The notes under the pieces are model-generated. The model did no database searches, was not told the origin of the DNA, and saw only the letters and a list, made by a program, of their open reading frames with translations. Shown one piece after another: positions 61,301 through 64,000 of a stretch of DNA of 64,000 nt. The translations under genes were made by a program, and so were the position numbers. Location: contig JBNZDD010013728.1 of NCBI GenBank assembly GCA_050575255.1, forward strand, positions 4,648,300 through 4,712,299. The letters are read 5' to 3'. Position 1 is the first letter of the stretch; every line of letters begins with the position of its first letter. The stretch comes from Harriotta raleighana. Its lineage: Eukaryota.

Positions 61301-64000
61301 GAAGTTTGTGAGACATTGCAAGCACAGATTAGTAGATAAGCCTCTGTTTAGCTTTTTAAAAATACTAAAAGCAAATCATTGCATGAAATCTTTTGAACCC
61401 TTTTGACAAATTAAGGGCACTGTATTAAATGCATGTATTTTTATTTTTTGTTGCCTGATACACCTGGTCAGAATTTATTTCAAATGAACTCCTCCTACCC
61501 CAACATGGGTTTACAAAGGATGCAAGCAGTAAAATATTCAATGAGGAGAAATATTTTGGGGGTTTTAAAGAGTTAACCACCGAGAAACCTTTTTAATGCA
61601 AGGTTAAAATGATGCCTCCTTTTACAGTGCTGCGGGGCTGCATTCCTACATAATTTTTTAAAAAAAGTATAGTAATCTATCTGTCAAACTATCAGTCTTG
61701 GAGCATTTTTCTGGTTGAATGTATTAATATTGCCGCAGGCTGCTCAGCTGGATATTGCTGCAAGCCTACACTGTCAATATATTAATTTATTTGATGTTGT
61801 GAGTTTTATTGGGCTATTTTGACACTCAAGTCCCAGCCCAAATTGGGCTGATCATTATATTTTGGGGGAACAAGAATTTCGCTCCAAAGGATAAAAAAGT
61901 GCTACTGAAAAAAGGTGCCATCATCAGGTTGGTGAACTCATAACACTATCCTATTTGTCCTGTTGTGTCTGAGTGTTGCCATTGCCCTCCCGACTCTGAG
62001 CAACAAACCACCAAGTTTGTGCCAAAATGCATCTATGCACCCAAAAACTAGAATTGTTCTCATCAACAAGTTCCATTTAATCTCATGGTTAGACAAATAA
62101 ATCAAGATGTGTGGTCTGGAAGCCATTTGTTTTGAAAACTCGGGAAAGATGTTAGGTTTCTTGAATTTAACTTGAAACAAAGCTGTGGCCACATTACTCT
62201 ATTACTGCACATTCCCTTAATGTCAGGAGAGTGTTGTGGTCTGCACCACAGGCTGTATGACCTTTGCCGAGGGCCTTGTGGGTTTGGTCCGTTTAGTTGA
62301 CACCTTCCATTTTTGGCAGGTCATGAACTAGTCAAAAAATATTCCATTGGTGTCCAGTTTTTCTTTTGGATATTTTCTGTCTAACCTTCCGCTTCTAAAT
62401 GGAATGATTCAGGGTGGAGCACATCTCTGCCTTTAGTCGAACAGCAACCAAATTACATTTGTATAGTACCTTTATGTCGGGAGGACGTCCCAAGGCACTG
62501 AATAGACAGTGTTTCGGACAAGGAGTCCAATGTGATCAGGAGAAAAAACACTGATTTTTATTACTCTCCCACAAGTTAGTCAATTGTACTGCCCATTCCC
62601 ACAAAGGGTTTCAAATGGAAATATTCATGAATTAGTTTAGACACCCAAAGCTTTCAATCAGCAAGATTGACAATAAATGAAATGCCCAAGGGAGTTGGTA
62701 ATTGAGCAGTTAGCAGGTATGAGCATGTTCAAACACTTGCCTGCGAGTGCCCGAGAGCAGTTGTGAATGACCCAATGCCATTTCCATGTCAGTGCTTTTG
62801 GTTAGCTCCCTGTCTCCACAGAATGAGCTCAAATCATTCTGTCAACCTTTTCATAAGAGCAGCGTTGTATGTCTGCAGCAGCTGTGGCTGGAATGGCCTG
62901 AGCATAGCATACACCACAGGGGCTTTACAGACAGAACAGGACATCTCGCCACGTAACTTAATGAAATTCACAGCAAAACCCTTAGATTCCTATCTCTTTG
63001 ACTTGGAGGACTCCAACCAAAAGCTTTTAATCAACTTGACAGTTCTAACACCTGGCTAGAAATATGATCTTCTTGATCAATAATGTCCCAAAGAAAAATG
63101 TACATTTTCATACAAATTGGGTTTTCTGTACAATTAAATCACCATCTGAGCATAGTTGTGTTTTGGCACAAAATGAATTCATGTTTGACTCACTTAACTG
63201 TGCTGGATGAATCTTGTTTGTTGGTTTCTTTTTTTTTGGTGAGATCACGGGTCAAAACTAGCAGAGACCAAACTTGTTAAATGACATGTTTGCTAAACTA
63301 TCCTCTAAAGTTTAAGGTGGGCTTATAGATCTGTGCGACTTACGACTTGCCTGGGTTCTCAGCCATCTGCCTAGTTCTGGCCCTTGACCTTACTGTGGTG
63401 GTCCAGTTAATTAACTGTTTTTGGTGATGGATTACATTCACTTTTGCTTCCTTGCCGAGGAAGCATCTCTTGTAAATGAAGCATGAAGAGATAGAGGCTA
63501 GAACTCTATCTCTTTTTTAAAAAAAAACCACAGCACTTTATCTCGAGAGTGATATCAATTATTTGATATAGATTTGGGGAAGGAAATGCATACTATTTTA
63601 TGCATTGCACTACTTCAGAACCTCAACCTCCTTTTGTCTTTGTTGTCTCTTAACTGCACACAATATAGTGTAGAGTAAATGTAACATGCTTGAAAAGGTC
63701 GTTTATCTTGTACAAACTAATATAACTATTTGTATTGTGTTTAAAACAGGGCTCTACACTATTAGTGGTTTGATTGCACATGGCTGTTAAATGCTGCTTG
63801 AATTGGTGAACTAATTAAAATTAGCTTTTTTTCCACAAAAAAGATGCATTACCGTAGAAAATAGAATTTGATTTTGTTAAACATAAGATTCCTGAGCAGC
63901 CAGTTCAGAAAATAGTTTAGAGCCCTGCTAGTTATTGTAGTAATTCTAGTTTGTAGATTGTTGTGTCATCTTTGTCTATATTAATGACTGTGTTTAACTT

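Noticed and set aside
57437-64000. Searched for the next COL14A1 exon (first FN3 repeat)
   Set aside because: No convincing match seen; the region appears intronic and the exon is probably beyond the window.

Overview
Vertebrate genomic DNA, most likely from a cartilaginous fish and possibly a chimaera/holocephalan. This is inferred from the repeat landscape: DeuSINE-like tRNA SINEs, L2, CR1, LF-SINE-like and Penelope-type elements. The window holds the last four coding exons of DEPTOR on the + strand (9754-19547: Ser-rich linker with the beta-TrCP degron, then the PDZ domain). A probable long 3' UTR follows, then a repeat-rich intergenic stretch, then the 5' end of COL14A1 (candidate non-coding first exons near 53.3 kb and 55.1 kb, and a signal-peptide exon at 57346-57436). 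This is the gene order and orientation seen in human. Almost all entries in the ORF track are spurious or retroelement debris. The most notable observations are: (1) a TSD-flanked ~250-bp fold-back element in a DEPTOR intron that carries two opposed minimal hammerhead-ribozyme motifs; (2) a candidate extra frame-preserving 66-nt DEPTOR exon just upstream of the degron exon; (3) a pogo/Tigger-like MITE family with nested insertions and a head-to-head pair. Many single-N-separated duplications are assembly artefacts. No prokaryotic-type system (CRISPR etc.) is present. Family names come from recalled consensus motifs, not from a database search.
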